Source: a virus (taxonomy: Duplodnaviria; Heunggongvirae; Uroviricota; Caudoviricetes). Taken from it: a DNA stretch of 40,663 nt. The notes beneath the pieces are model-generated. The model saw nothing but the letters and a program-made list of their open reading frames with translations. It had not been told where the DNA came from and did not search any database. Shown here one piece after another: positions 29,979-39,129 of this stretch. The stretch is taken from the IMG/VR virus record IMGVR_UViG_2802429245_000006. One strand, written 5' to 3'. Every line of letters begins with the position of its first letter. Within the stretch, counting starts at the first letter, position 1. Both the position numbers and the translations under genes were made by a program.

Positions 29979-30064
29979 ATCACTGAGGGGATAACAGCCC
30001 GGTTATCCCCTGTTTGTTCTGCTTCAGGTTGCCAGAGCTCTAGGAACACGAGGCAATCGGCAAA

Positions 30065-30661
30065 TTATGCGGCTTTTCCATTAACAGATTCGGCCACAAG
30101 AACGACAGTGTGTTTGTTTCGCTCAGGATGTTCACTCCAGATTTCTGATTCCGGGATGCTTTCCCCGTCATAACTGATCCGTTCGCCATCAAACGGGTAA
30201 TACCGTGCGGAATCAGTATCTAAAATAAACACCTTCAGATTCGTTGAACGACGCGCAATATGCTGCCAGAGAGCTTTTCCTCCTTCATATTGCTCGTTAT
30301 CACTTAATAGTACAACGCCCGCTTTTGTGACTATCGTTTCATAAACAAACGTTGCAAGACCAACATCGCGTACAGCTCCATCGACAACAATCCCTTCAAT
30401 CTGAGCAACATCCTGTTCTTCCCAGAATTTCTGGACAAACACGCCTTCAAGTCGGGGACGACGCTGAAGCTCCAGAGTGGCAACAACCTTATGGCGAACA
30501 TCACCATCAATAACAGAAGGTGCAGCTTCGATTACCGCAGCAAACGGAGTCTTTGGATCCCAGATGATCTGGTAAAGCACGCCCTGAATAGTTACTCCAT
30601 CCAGTATCGAAAAACGACGGGCTACAGTAGCAGGGGAGTAAGACATTGGAATTACAGCCAT
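30065..30661 (-). CDS. Hypothetical protein, 198 aa, function unknown
   Basis: ATG at 30659-30661 with GAGGGG upstream; the ORF-track start at 30691 is a GTG without an RBS. Confidence 0.55.
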   Translation of the reverse strand: MAVIPMSYSPATVARRFSILDGVTIQGVLYQIIWDPKTPFAAVIEAAPSVIDGDVRHKVVATLELQRRPRLEGVFVQKFWEEQDVAQIEGIVVDGAVRDVGLATFVYETIVTKAGVVLLSDNEQYEGGKALWQHIARRSTNLKVFILDTDSARYYPFDGERISYDGESIPESEIWSEHPERNKHTVVLVAESVNGKAA

Positions 30662-30790
30662 TTTAGAATCCCCTCTGAGTAATACAGGCACGAAAATTTA
30701 CCTCAATAATTATAGTAAACAATACCAGAGCCAGGCGCATCAACAATACTCATCAATTGTACTCAAGTCGTACAACGATCAGGAACGCCC

Positions 30791-32107
30791 TCACCTTCTA
30801 CCAAACAGATTAACAACATTATTACCTGTCTGCTGTTGGTGGTTATTAACCCGGTCCTCCCAGATCTCAAGTGCTCTGCGTTTTTCTGGCAAATAATCGT
30901 ATCGATCATAATGTTTTGAACTGACATCGTTCAACGCATGATTTTGAATACGATCGCGGATTTCCTTACTGATTCCAGCTTCTCCCATTAACGTTTTACA
31001 GGTCCGACGTAAGTCACGTGCTGTAAAAATTTTAAAGTCAGGATTACAAGCCCGGAAATACATGATAGCGCGAGCCAGACTGTCCGTACGAACCGGACGC
31101 TTACCATTAGTCGAAAGCGGGAAAATGTAAGGGCTCGATTTTTCTTTTGTTAACTCCTGCACACAAGATAATTCCTGTAATGCTGATTCAGTCAACGGTA
31201 TCAAATGTTCTCGCTTATTTTTAGAGACATCCGCAGTCACCAGCAGCGTTTTTTGCTGAAAATCAACATCACACCACTGACTGGCGATCATTTCGAAGGG
31301 ACGTTGCCCCCCGGTATAGATACAGAATCGGATCAAATGTTGCATCAATAATCCAACGTTGGTTGCTTCAGCAAAATGTTCCATTAGAAAACGCAACTCT
31401 TCGAGTGTCAGCCAGGTGTCACCGACTTTTTCAGCAGATGACTGTTTCGGTATCACTGATACCGGATTGGCCTCCAGCCCAAAAGTAATCCCTACACTTG
31501 TGTTCATCGGATCGTTATCAGCTTTCAGACCATAGTTAAATGCAGCCATCAGGTAAGAACGGATCCGGTTAGAGTGAACCACTGCACCGCGCTGAATGAT
31601 CCCGGCCAGGATATGTTTAATCTGTCCGGAAGTCACATCTTTAGCTTTAGTCTCACGGGGGATCACTGTATAGCATTCATTTTCAAGGCGTTTCAGAACA
31701 TCCTGCCATGTTCTCTTATTATCAATTTTCATTTTGTTAACATAACCATGAATCAATGCTTCAAATGAGCCCTGTGATTGATGGAGTTGTATCCGCTGCT
31801 GTTCTGCAAGCTGTTGTCGCTCCAGTTCTGTCTGGGGATCCTTTCCTTCAATGAGCCAGGCACCATACTTTTTTGCCAGTTCATTCGCTGTAGCCAGTTT
31901 CATCTCAGGCCATATACCCAATTGAATGAATCTTTCTTTTTTCCCTTTTTCCACGTAATAGCGGAAATAGAAAATTTTGCTGCCAGAAGACTGAACTTTG
32001 ATGCCAAGTCGTCCAGTGCCACGTTGAGAACTGTTGCTCCAGACATAGAACGATGTCTTTTTTGCTTTCAATGCTCGGATAGCTGTTTCAGTTAGATTGA
32101 CGGCCAT
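30791..32107 (-). CDS. int: Tyrosine-type site-specific integrase (P4/CP4-like)
   Basis: 438 aa; C-terminal catalytic region with ...HALNDVSSKHYDRYDY... and ...RDLRRTCKTLM... typical of tyrosine recombinases; ATG at 32105-32107. Confidence 0.9.
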   Translation of the reverse strand: MAVNLTETAIRALKAKKTSFYVWSNSSQRGTGRLGIKVQSSGSKIFYFRYYVEKGKKERFIQLGIWPEMKLATANELAKKYGAWLIEGKDPQTELERQQLAEQQRIQLHQSQGSFEALIHGYVNKMKIDNKRTWQDVLKRLENECYTVIPRETKAKDVTSGQIKHILAGIIQRGAVVHSNRIRSYLMAAFNYGLKADNDPMNTSVGITFGLEANPVSVIPKQSSAEKVGDTWLTLEELRFLMEHFAEATNVGLLMQHLIRFCIYTGGQRPFEMIASQWCDVDFQQKTLLVTADVSKNKREHLIPLTESALQELSCVQELTKEKSSPYIFPLSTNGKRPVRTDSLARAIMYFRACNPDFKIFTARDLRRTCKTLMGEAGISKEIRDRIQNHALNDVSSKHYDRYDYLPEKRRALEIWEDRVNNHQQQTGNNVVNLFGRR

Positions 32108-32303
32108 AGAACCTCTTTTCTAAACCAGTAACAATCAAAATAACTCGTAAATTTGGGTCAGGTAATGGGTCAGGTAACGATCGTACAATGGAGAAAAAAC
32201 GGAACCAAGCGGAAACAGAAGCAATTACATAATTACTTGATTATAAACAATTAATAAAACAATTACGAACAAACCAAAACAATATAGAATGGACTTGCCT
32301 CAT

Positions 32304-32350
32304 GACTCATAATCGCTTGGTCGTTGGTTCAAACCCAACAGGGGCCACCA
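32304..32350 (+). other. tRNA-Ile(CAU) (ileX/ileY-like) 3' fragment: anticodon loop through CCA, no 5' half; putative att core
   Basis: GACTCATAATCGCTTGGTCGTTGGTTCAAACCCAACAGGGGCCACCA matches the 3' 47 nt of ileX as recalled, with compensatory T-stem changes. The preceding 29 nt do not form the acceptor/D arm. Confidence 0.7.
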
Positions 32351-32358
32351 TATCTATC

Positions 32359-32395
32359 AAGGGGTTACGTTAACAGCGTGACCCCTTCGTTTTTT
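32359..32395 (+). terminator. Intrinsic terminator immediately 3' of the tRNA fragment
   Basis: Stem aaggggttacg/cgtgacccctt with one mismatch, followed by TTTTTT at 32390-32395. Confidence 0.55.
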
Positions 32396-32906
32396 CTAGG
32401 ATACCTATAGGATACCGTGACAGAGTATAAGCAGGTATAAAAACAACAAGTTACGCAACATCATACCTGTCATGAAACTTTAACTATCCGACATGATAGC
32501 TGGTCGATGATCACGGATAATCCGTTATGTGGATCCCCATATCGGCATCAGACCCACCAGCGTGAAGCGTTTTTCATTTTTCGCGGGTATAAAAAATCGA
32601 TGGGGCTGGCAGTCCGGAAGACGTCAGGTCACAGGGATTTGACCCGCCCCTCCCTGTGCATGAGCACAATAAGTAACCGAAGGCGGAATTCCGCCCTCGG
32701 TACTCACATATGAGAAACGATATTTCTTCCACCGATACCCTTTATTTGGGTATCGCGAGTAAGCCCCAAAATCTGGGTGTTACTCTTACTACCCAAACTA
32801 CGGGTAGTTTCCGTAATTTCATGGTCGAGTTGCAGATCTGCAACTCACCCACCAGCGCAACGCTGAAAGCCAGTCAGTAAACTGGCTTCGGTCATTGTGC
32901 ACTACG

Positions 32907-33449
32907 TTACTTGTCTTTATCCGGCTGAAACTTATCAGGCACATTTCCGGTAGTTTCCATCAGATAATCGGACAGCATTCGCGGGATGTTTTCATCAAGT
33001 TTTGTGCATGCGTTACAGGCTCTGACAACTTCTTTTTTCAGGCCATCCAGCATGACGGGGGTCATCTGTGGGAAGCTCCTTTGCATAGTAAGCGGCAGGC
33101 TGTCCATGATTGATGAAATCTGACTCGCCAGTTTTGAAAGCGCGTACATGCAAAACTCTGTATCAATCACGTCACCGCGATCGCGCTCGTTTTTAAGTTC
33201 CTGCGCCTCCGCCTGTGCTGTCAGTAATCTGATCCTGACTCGTAAGAGTTCATCATCATCAATCTCGCCTTTGTCGTTTGTAAGCTGGCTAATTGCATTG
33301 TTAACCCTATTGTCTATCACGCTGGCAACATCATAAAACGCCTCACGGCCTTTACGTTCAACGGGAGTCACTCCCCACTTGTCGAATGCTGTAGCACTTA
33401 CCCGGCAGCTTTGCGCCATGGTTTTTTTGTTCATCAGGTGCGATTTCAT
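32907..33449 (-). CDS. Terminase small subunit, lambda Nu1-like
   Basis: ...LTAQAEAQELKNERDRGDVIDTEFCMYALSKLASQISSIMDSLPLTMQRSFPQM... parallels lambda Nu1 as recalled. Start uncertain: ATG at 33449 or 33434. Confidence 0.75.
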   Translation of the reverse strand: MKSHLMNKKTMAQSCRVSATAFDKWGVTPVERKGREAFYDVASVIDNRVNNAISQLTNDKGEIDDDELLRVRIRLLTAQAEAQELKNERDRGDVIDTEFCMYALSKLASQISSIMDSLPLTMQRSFPQMTPVMLDGLKKEVVRACNACTKLDENIPRMLSDYLMETTGNVPDKFQPDKDK

Positions 33450-33650
33450 CAATATCCCAACTTGGTCAAGGTTTCAGGTTGGTGTGTTGGTGTTATCTTT
33501 CCCTTTTTATTCATGGAGATAGAGCAAACAACAAAACCACCACCACCACCCTGAAAAAGCTCATAAATAGCGAAAAACCGCGAGGTCGCCGCCCCGTAGC
33601 CTACCGGATCGCCGGAAAGGACCCGCCAGCCAGAACGGGCCCTAATTTCA

Positions 33651-34034
33651 TCAACCAATCAACTTATAGCGACCATCCCGTGCATTGCGGCGTACACGCT
33701 CAATCTTGAGGCATAGCGCCGCATCTGGCTTTTTTGGGACAGGTACGCGGCAATATTCAGAAGCTCGAGGAATATTGTTTATCCAGTCGATCACTTCGCT
33801 TAAATACCAGGCCTTACGCCCTTCCGTAACCTGTACGCGTTCGGGGAACTCTCCGCGAGCCTCAAGGTTTAGCAATGTGCGACGGCTAAGGGTAGTAAGT
33901 TCCATCACCTGATTCATATCAACAAGGCGTTCACTTAAACGCATTTTGTCAGCAATAGCCTTTAATTCCTCTACTGCTGGATCCGGATACATCATTTCGG
34001 CAATTGGCTTAAGGTCATTGTAATGATTCTGCAT
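33651..34034 (-). CDS. HTH DNA-binding protein (AlpA/excisionase-like HTH with N-terminal extension), 127 aa
   Basis: ATG at 34034 with AGGGGGAT upstream; contains ...LTTLSRRTLLNLEARGEFPERVQV... HTH-like segment. Confidence 0.5.
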   Translation of the reverse strand: MQNHYNDLKPIAEMMYPDPAVEELKAIADKMRLSERLVDMNQVMELTTLSRRTLLNLEARGEFPERVQVTEGRKAWYLSEVIDWINNIPRASEYCRVPVPKKPDAALCLKIERVRRNARDGRYKLIG

Positions 34035-34045
34035 TGTATCCCCCT

Positions 34046-34387
34046 TTACACACGAGCCAGCGGCTGAACAGAAATACCTGAGCCAACAAACGCGGCAACC
34101 TTTGCCGACAGTTCTTTTACAGACTCAGGCCAGTTCAGAGCATCAACATTTAAAACACCTGTCTTATAAACCTGTGCCTGTGTTTTTTTCGCTGTGTCGA
34201 TTTGTACAGCGGAAACATAAACCGCTTTGCCTGCGCTCGTTCCATCCCATACCACTAGCGCACCAGTTGCATCTTCCTGCATCAGTGGCGTAAACGCAGG
34301 TATTACCCCTTTATTGGCTGAAAATATCCCCAGCGTAGTAACCAGTGCTTCAGTGCCAGACATGAGTTCAGTGTAATGAGTAGCCAT
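34046..34387 (-). CDS. Head decoration protein, lambda gpD-like
   Basis: 113 aa; ...PLMQEDATGALVVWDGTSAGKAV... parallels the gpD pattern PLMLD...LVAWDGT; strong RBS AAGGGGGAG. Confidence 0.65.
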   Translation of the reverse strand: MATHYTELMSGTEALVTTLGIFSANKGVIPAFTPLMQEDATGALVVWDGTSAGKAVYVSAVQIDTAKKTQAQVYKTGVLNVDALNWPESVKELSAKVAAFVGSGISVQPLARV

Positions 34388-34396
34388 TGCTCCCCC

Positions 34397-35443
34397 TTAG
34401 CCAATGCGAACGGTAACAAAACGATTGATGCGGGCCGGTATTGGCTGTGGTGCTGAATGTGTCTGCACATATTCAATAGCCGGATCACCAGGCACAATAT
34501 AGTTTTTCGGTGCAAGTTCGGCTTTAGTCAGCCCCATCCGAATTAGCTCCGGATCCTGAATACCGCCATAAGCGACAATCCCCTGAAGAGCCGTATTGCC
34601 AAGCACCATCAAATCAGGATCAAGGAAATATTTTTCAGTTCCGTCCTCGTCGGTATAACGCCCGCTGTAAACAACAATCGCAACATCGCCCATATACCCT
34701 TTAAAACTCACCGAATCACCAAGGTCTTTAAGGGCCGTTTCCAGTTCGGAATTAGAACCACGACGGGTATCCAGAGCCTCTTTTATCGCTCTGAATGAAC
34801 GGTATTTCTTCCATACATTACCGCCCATAATGATGATATTAGTGACGCCCTCACTAAATTCTGCGTAGCTCTCAATATCATCATTTGGATCAAAAGTTTC
34901 TTTATCCTTACCTGACCACTCAGCACCGCCAGACTGCGTGATAATATTTTGTGGTTTTATATTCCAGTCCAGTTCATAACGTTCAATACCATCGCCCTCA
35001 ATGATATTTTTCCCCGTTGTGATTGCCTGAACAGCAAGCCATTCAATACGTGCACGTATAGCTTTAGCCTGATTTACAATCGCCTGTTTAACTTTAATAT
35101 TACGCGCCCCAAAAGCATTGTATTGTTCAGGTGATACACCAGCAGGGCGCACAGCTAACTTATTTGGATCAATGCTGCTTTTCGGTTTCATATAGCCAGG
35201 GCGAATTGTTTTTGATTCGTATCCCTCATCTCGTGAAACTTTACTGCCCACCATAGGAGAGCAAAACGCCGCGATCGGGATATTTGGATCGTCGATCGTA
35301 TCAAGAATAATGTCTCTCGATTCAAACATTACCGAGCGAGTGAAAAACAAACTGGTAAACAACGCATTTAATTTTTTTTGCACATCTTCAGCATTAGCCA
35401 CCTGCACAAGCTGTGTAGGCGAATATAAATCAACCATACTCAT
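34397..35443 (-). CDS. Major capsid protein, lambda gpE-like
   Basis: From the ATG at 35443 (AAGAGG upstream): MSMVDLYSPTQLV... and a long block ...NIITQSGGAEWSGKDKETFDPNDDIESYA...DTRRGSNSELETALKDLGDSVSFKGYMGDVAIVVYSG... closely parallels lambda E. Confidence 0.85.
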   Translation of the reverse strand: MSMVDLYSPTQLVQVANAEDVQKKLNALFTSLFFTRSVMFESRDIILDTIDDPNIPIAAFCSPMVGSKVSRDEGYESKTIRPGYMKPKSSIDPNKLAVRPAGVSPEQYNAFGARNIKVKQAIVNQAKAIRARIEWLAVQAITTGKNIIEGDGIERYELDWNIKPQNIITQSGGAEWSGKDKETFDPNDDIESYAEFSEGVTNIIIMGGNVWKKYRSFRAIKEALDTRRGSNSELETALKDLGDSVSFKGYMGDVAIVVYSGRYTDEDGTEKYFLDPDLMVLGNTALQGIVAYGGIQDPELIRMGLTKAELAPKNYIVPGDPAIEYVQTHSAPQPIPARINRFVTVRIG

Positions 35444-35721
35444 CCTCTTTACATTCATTACAAATAATTGTGAATATATTCTATTACCGATGTCTGCTAT
35501 GCGAATACATGCAACCAAGTGCAATGTTGTATAAAATATGCCGTGACAACTTCAGTGCTGATAATTCGTGTTAATGTATTTACTTCCTTTGGTCGGGATT
35601 TATGTAGCATGCCGGAAAATCTATTTTTTTCCGGCATCTTTTTGTTTGCAGAATTTAAAACGGTATATTATCGCCGTACGGATCATCATTCCCCGACTGT
35701 TGTTTTGCCCTGTTCAGTGCG

Positions 35722-36078
35722 TCAGTGGCCTGCCCCTGCTGGCCTTTTTTTGCCGCCCGGTCGCGCCGTTCGCGCACTGATTACGCTGTCTGCGATAACC
35801 TGCCAGCCCTGCCGCGTTTCGCCGTTCTGGCCTGTCCACTGGCTTACCTGCATGTTACCCGCCACGCTCACCAGTTCGCCTTTGTGGTGTTTTGCCAGTG
35901 CGTCGGCCTGTCTGCCAAACGCCAGGACGGATAACCACATCGTCGCCGTTCCGTCATCTGCCTGGCTGCACGGAAGGGGGACCGCCATACTAGCCATCGC
36001 CATTTGTGTACCCTTGCTGGTGGTCTTTAACTGCGGGTCAGCCACCAGCCGTCCGTAAGCCGCTATCTGTGCTGTCAT
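35722..36078 (-). CDS. SSB-like OB-fold protein (118 aa)
   Basis: ...YGRLVADPQLKTTSKGTQMA...VSQWTGQNGETRQGWQVIADSV... resembles single-stranded DNA-binding proteins; start overlaps the upstream stop (ATGA). Confidence 0.5.
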   Translation of the reverse strand: MTAQIAAYGRLVADPQLKTTSKGTQMAMASMAVPLPCSQADDGTATMWLSVLAFGRQADALAKHHKGELVSVAGNMQVSQWTGQNGETRQGWQVIADSVISARTARPGGKKRPAGAGH

Positions 36079-36317
36079 GCTGTCTGCTCTCCGGTTTTAA
36101 CGTTGATGGTTGTTACCTGTTCCGCTTCGGCAATCTCCCGTTCTGTCATCGTGGCAAAGTTTGCAGCTGCCGTTGTCATGAATGCGCTAATCAGTTCGGG
36201 ATGTGCTTTCGCATATCCTTCCCCGGCGTTGCGGTCGATGATTTTTATCGCCACTCTCAGCCAGTGCTCTGTAAGGTCAATAGCGCGGTAGTGTGGTTGT
36301 TTGCGGTTTGCCTTCAT
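36075..36317 (-). CDS. Hypothetical protein (80 aa)
   Basis: ORF between the iteron array and the SSB-like gene; stop overlaps the SSB-like start. Confidence 0.4.
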   Translation of the reverse strand: MKANRKQPHYRAIDLTEHWLRVAIKIIDRNAGEGYAKAHPELISAFMTTAAANFATMTEREIAEAEQVTTINVKTGEQTA

Positions 36318-36356
36318 AGTTCAGATCTCAATTTTTCGTATATATATACAAAACAG

Positions 36357-36680
36357 TGCGGGTTATGCGGGTTAGCGGGTTAGCGGGTTATCTTCGCTTG
36401 CTAAGTATTTTTTATTCATTAATATCAATACATTACAAAATTAACTGTTTACTGTTTAGCCGTGGCGTAACCCGCAAAATGCTCAAAATAACCCGCAAAC
36501 GGGGTTTTTTCTGCGGGTTACGCGTGGCTGTTTGCTGTCACTTCCTGTTATTCATCTGCGGGTTATAATCGCACTTTTGTGGGTTATAACTGCCGTTTTG
36601 CGGGTTACGTGCGGGTTATTGATTTCCTTTTTATTCATGCAGTTAATGCACTTATACACAGAGTAACCCACATAACCCGC
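36357..36680. repeat. Iteron array: at least 13 copies of GCGGGTTA / TAACCCGC in both orientations (putative replication origin)
   Basis: Four tandem copies at 36357-36392 and dispersed copies at 36468, 36488, 36513, 36558, 36579, 36600, 36611, 36664 and 36673; adjacent AT-rich tatatata tract at 36340-36350; immediately downstream of the primase-helicase-like gene. Confidence 0.75.
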
Positions 36681-36703
36681 AACTTTTCACCTCACACAGG
36701 GGG

Positions 36704-38827
36704 TTAATCTTCTGCCTCAGGCTGGAACATCAGCACGTAAAAAACATGCTGCTTCCCCCCAATTTTGCCGAGAGCCTTTTTCTTGTAACGGCGATCGTTA
36801 CCCGCTTCCAGCATTCCGGCAGCACTCAACGCGCGGGCAAAGTGGGACGGGTTAAATCCCTGTGCGATCTCCCCCTCAAACACATGAGGAAACGTGTAAA
36901 AACGGAACTCATCATCTTCATTTCTGATACTCCCCTTTCTGTATCCGGCAAGGTCTTTAATCGGTAAATCACGTTCATCACTGTTTGGGTAAGGAAGGTA
37001 TCGACTGAACCCGAACGACGACAAAAACGCCTCAGCCTGTTCAACCATCTGTTTAAATTCCCTGTTACCCGTGCCGAACTCCTTCACCCAGGCATTAAAG
37101 TTATGCTGTATTGCGTCCCGGCATTCCTGCGCGGCCCAGCCAGTTACATGACCGGAAAGCACAAGCGCGGCCTCCAGTATGGCGAAACGCTCACCCACGC
37201 GGTGGACCTGCTCGCCGTAGCTCTCCGGTATCAGGTTGCGCCACCGTTCGCGGCATTCCCTTACCGTATCCTTTGCCTCCTGCTGGTGGCCTGCCAGCCA
37301 TTTAACCCACTCACGACCCGCTGCCCCGTGATTTTCTGTCCAGGCATCCTTTAACGCGTCTGCGTGCGCCTTTCCGGTGCTGTATTCGTGAAAGTGCGTG
37401 GCTTTTTCCATCGGAACGTTAAGCAGGCGGACAAGCTGCCCCGCTTTGACTTTTATCCCCTCCGTTTTGAGGAATGTCTCAACGTCCATTTCTCCGGTGC
37501 TGATTGCCACCGTGCGCCAGTGTTTTATCTCCCGGTTGCCGCCGTCCTTCGCCCCCTGTAATTTCCCGGAACCGTTAAACAACGTATAGGCTGACGTGGA
37601 CACCTCCCGCGCGTTTCCGGCCTGGCCTATTTCATCCAGGGGTAACAGCCCGTCGTTGTGCGCCTCTGCCTCGTTAGCGATACCTAACGCTGTGCCGTAC
37701 CAGGTCAGCCGTTGTGCGTCCGGCTCTCCCCATAAACTTGATGCGATGTTCTGCGTGGTGGTTTTCCCTGCCGATGACTGTTCGAAAAGATGTACCCCGA
37801 AGCCGTCAGCACCAACAAGGCCAATCAAAGGTGCTGCCAGTGACGTGGCAACACCCAGCATCATGGACGGATTGCCACCAGCCAGCCGCGCCACGCAGTC
37901 GCGCCAGCCCTCCGACGTACCCGCAACCGAATAGCCATTAACAGTGGCACTTTTTCCGGTAAACAGGATCGGTTTTTCAGAATCACCAATGATTGAGCCG
38001 TCCGGCATGATATACGCGCCAAAATGCCAGCCCGTTGTTGTGCTTAGCTGCCATTCCTCATGGCTTCCGCTTAACTGCATCCAGTCAGCCAGGATAGCCC
38101 TGTATTTGCCGTTTGTTGTCACGTTCAGCCCGTGATCTTTAAGCAACCGCCAGCCGTCACGGTCGCCAATGCCACCACACGGGATCGCCATTGTGATGAC
38201 TTCATGGTTTGCTAATTTTTTCCAGCGCATCACGCGGTAATGCTCTTTACCGATCGTCCCTGTTCCCAGTAGTTCAAGCGGAGAACATAACCACGTCTCA
38301 GGCCGGATAATTTCGCCTGACTGCTTATCCACTTTGGGCGTTACCCAGAAAACACCATCGACGCGACTTTCAACGCGGGGCTTTAATTCATCATCCTGAT
38401 AGCATGGCTCTTTTTTCTTTACAGGCAGTTCAACTACCTTTTTCTTTTCCGCCTGCTCTGCCCGTTCACGTTCCAGATATTCACGCCAGTTCTCCCGTTT
38501 CTGGCTGTGCATTCCTTCAGGGTAATAATCAGCATCCCTGACACCTGCCGCTGCCAGTTTCTGCCCGATGGTATTAACAAGCCCCGGACGCAATAACCCC
38601 GCCTGATAGAGACGCACGCGATAGCGTCCGTCCGGTACGATTTGCAGGTTGTCCAGTTCGGCAAGTTGTTGCTCTCCAAGCCAGACAGGAGGCACGTTAT
38701 CGCCAGCCAGTCGCCCGTCCTGTTCCTGCCACTGCTTCGCATGTGCCCACGCATCACTACCCGCAAAAATGATGACTTCCGTCATTTTGTCACGTGGCTG
38801 GTGTTTTAAATTTGGCGCTTTTTTCAT
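36704..38827 (-). CDS. Primase-helicase-like replication protein (P-loop ATPase, DUF927/P4-alpha-like)
   Basis: 707 aa from the ATG at 38827; Walker A-like FEQSSAGKTT and Walker B-like LLPLDEIG; position next to the iterons. Confidence 0.7.
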   Translation of the reverse strand: MKKAPNLKHQPRDKMTEVIIFAGSDAWAHAKQWQEQDGRLAGDNVPPVWLGEQQLAELDNLQIVPDGRYRVRLYQAGLLRPGLVNTIGQKLAAAGVRDADYYPEGMHSQKRENWREYLERERAEQAEKKKVVELPVKKKEPCYQDDELKPRVESRVDGVFWVTPKVDKQSGEIIRPETWLCSPLELLGTGTIGKEHYRVMRWKKLANHEVITMAIPCGGIGDRDGWRLLKDHGLNVTTNGKYRAILADWMQLSGSHEEWQLSTTTGWHFGAYIMPDGSIIGDSEKPILFTGKSATVNGYSVAGTSEGWRDCVARLAGGNPSMMLGVATSLAAPLIGLVGADGFGVHLFEQSSAGKTTTQNIASSLWGEPDAQRLTWYGTALGIANEAEAHNDGLLPLDEIGQAGNAREVSTSAYTLFNGSGKLQGAKDGGNREIKHWRTVAISTGEMDVETFLKTEGIKVKAGQLVRLLNVPMEKATHFHEYSTGKAHADALKDAWTENHGAAGREWVKWLAGHQQEAKDTVRECRERWRNLIPESYGEQVHRVGERFAILEAALVLSGHVTGWAAQECRDAIQHNFNAWVKEFGTGNREFKQMVEQAEAFLSSFGFSRYLPYPNSDERDLPIKDLAGYRKGSIRNEDDEFRFYTFPHVFEGEIAQGFNPSHFARALSAAGMLEAGNDRRYKKKALGKIGGKQHVFYVLMFQPEAED

Positions 38828-39123
38828 TTCTGCTCTCTCCACGCGGCAATCATGTTTTTCAGTTCCTGTAGTTTTTTATCCACATTCACACGTGACACAT
38901 GGTTATTTCTGGAAAGCGGGATTTCCCGCCTGAATCTGCTAATAAAGATCTCCACGTTCAGCGAACTATGAAATGAATAGCCATCACGAATAAAATACAC
39001 ACGGTCAAACATTATCGATTTTACTGTTACTCTGTTGCCGTTCTTATCCCGATAAATAGCGCCGGGGATAATTTTGGGATGTGCATAACCGCTGGCAGTC
39101 AAGCCAGATAAATACGTTCTCAT
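38824..39123 (-). CDS. Hypothetical protein (99 aa)
   Basis: ATG at 39123; stop overlaps the primase start (ATGA). Confidence 0.45.
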   Translation of the reverse strand: MRTYLSGLTASGYAHPKIIPGAIYRDKNGNRVTVKSIMFDRVYFIRDGYSFHSSLNVEIFISRFRREIPLSRNNHVSRVNVDKKLQELKNMIAAWREQK

Positions 39124-39129
39124 GATTAT

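Noticed and set aside
32275-32350. Complete tRNA gene
   Set aside because: Only the 3' 47 nt match a tRNA; the upstream 29 nt cannot pair with the acceptor 3' strand or form a D-arm, so this is a partial att-type fragment.
36357-36680. Possible CRISPR array
   Set aside because: Repeats are only 8 bp, irregularly spaced, in both orientations, with no spacer structure or cas genes; the pattern fits origin iterons instead.
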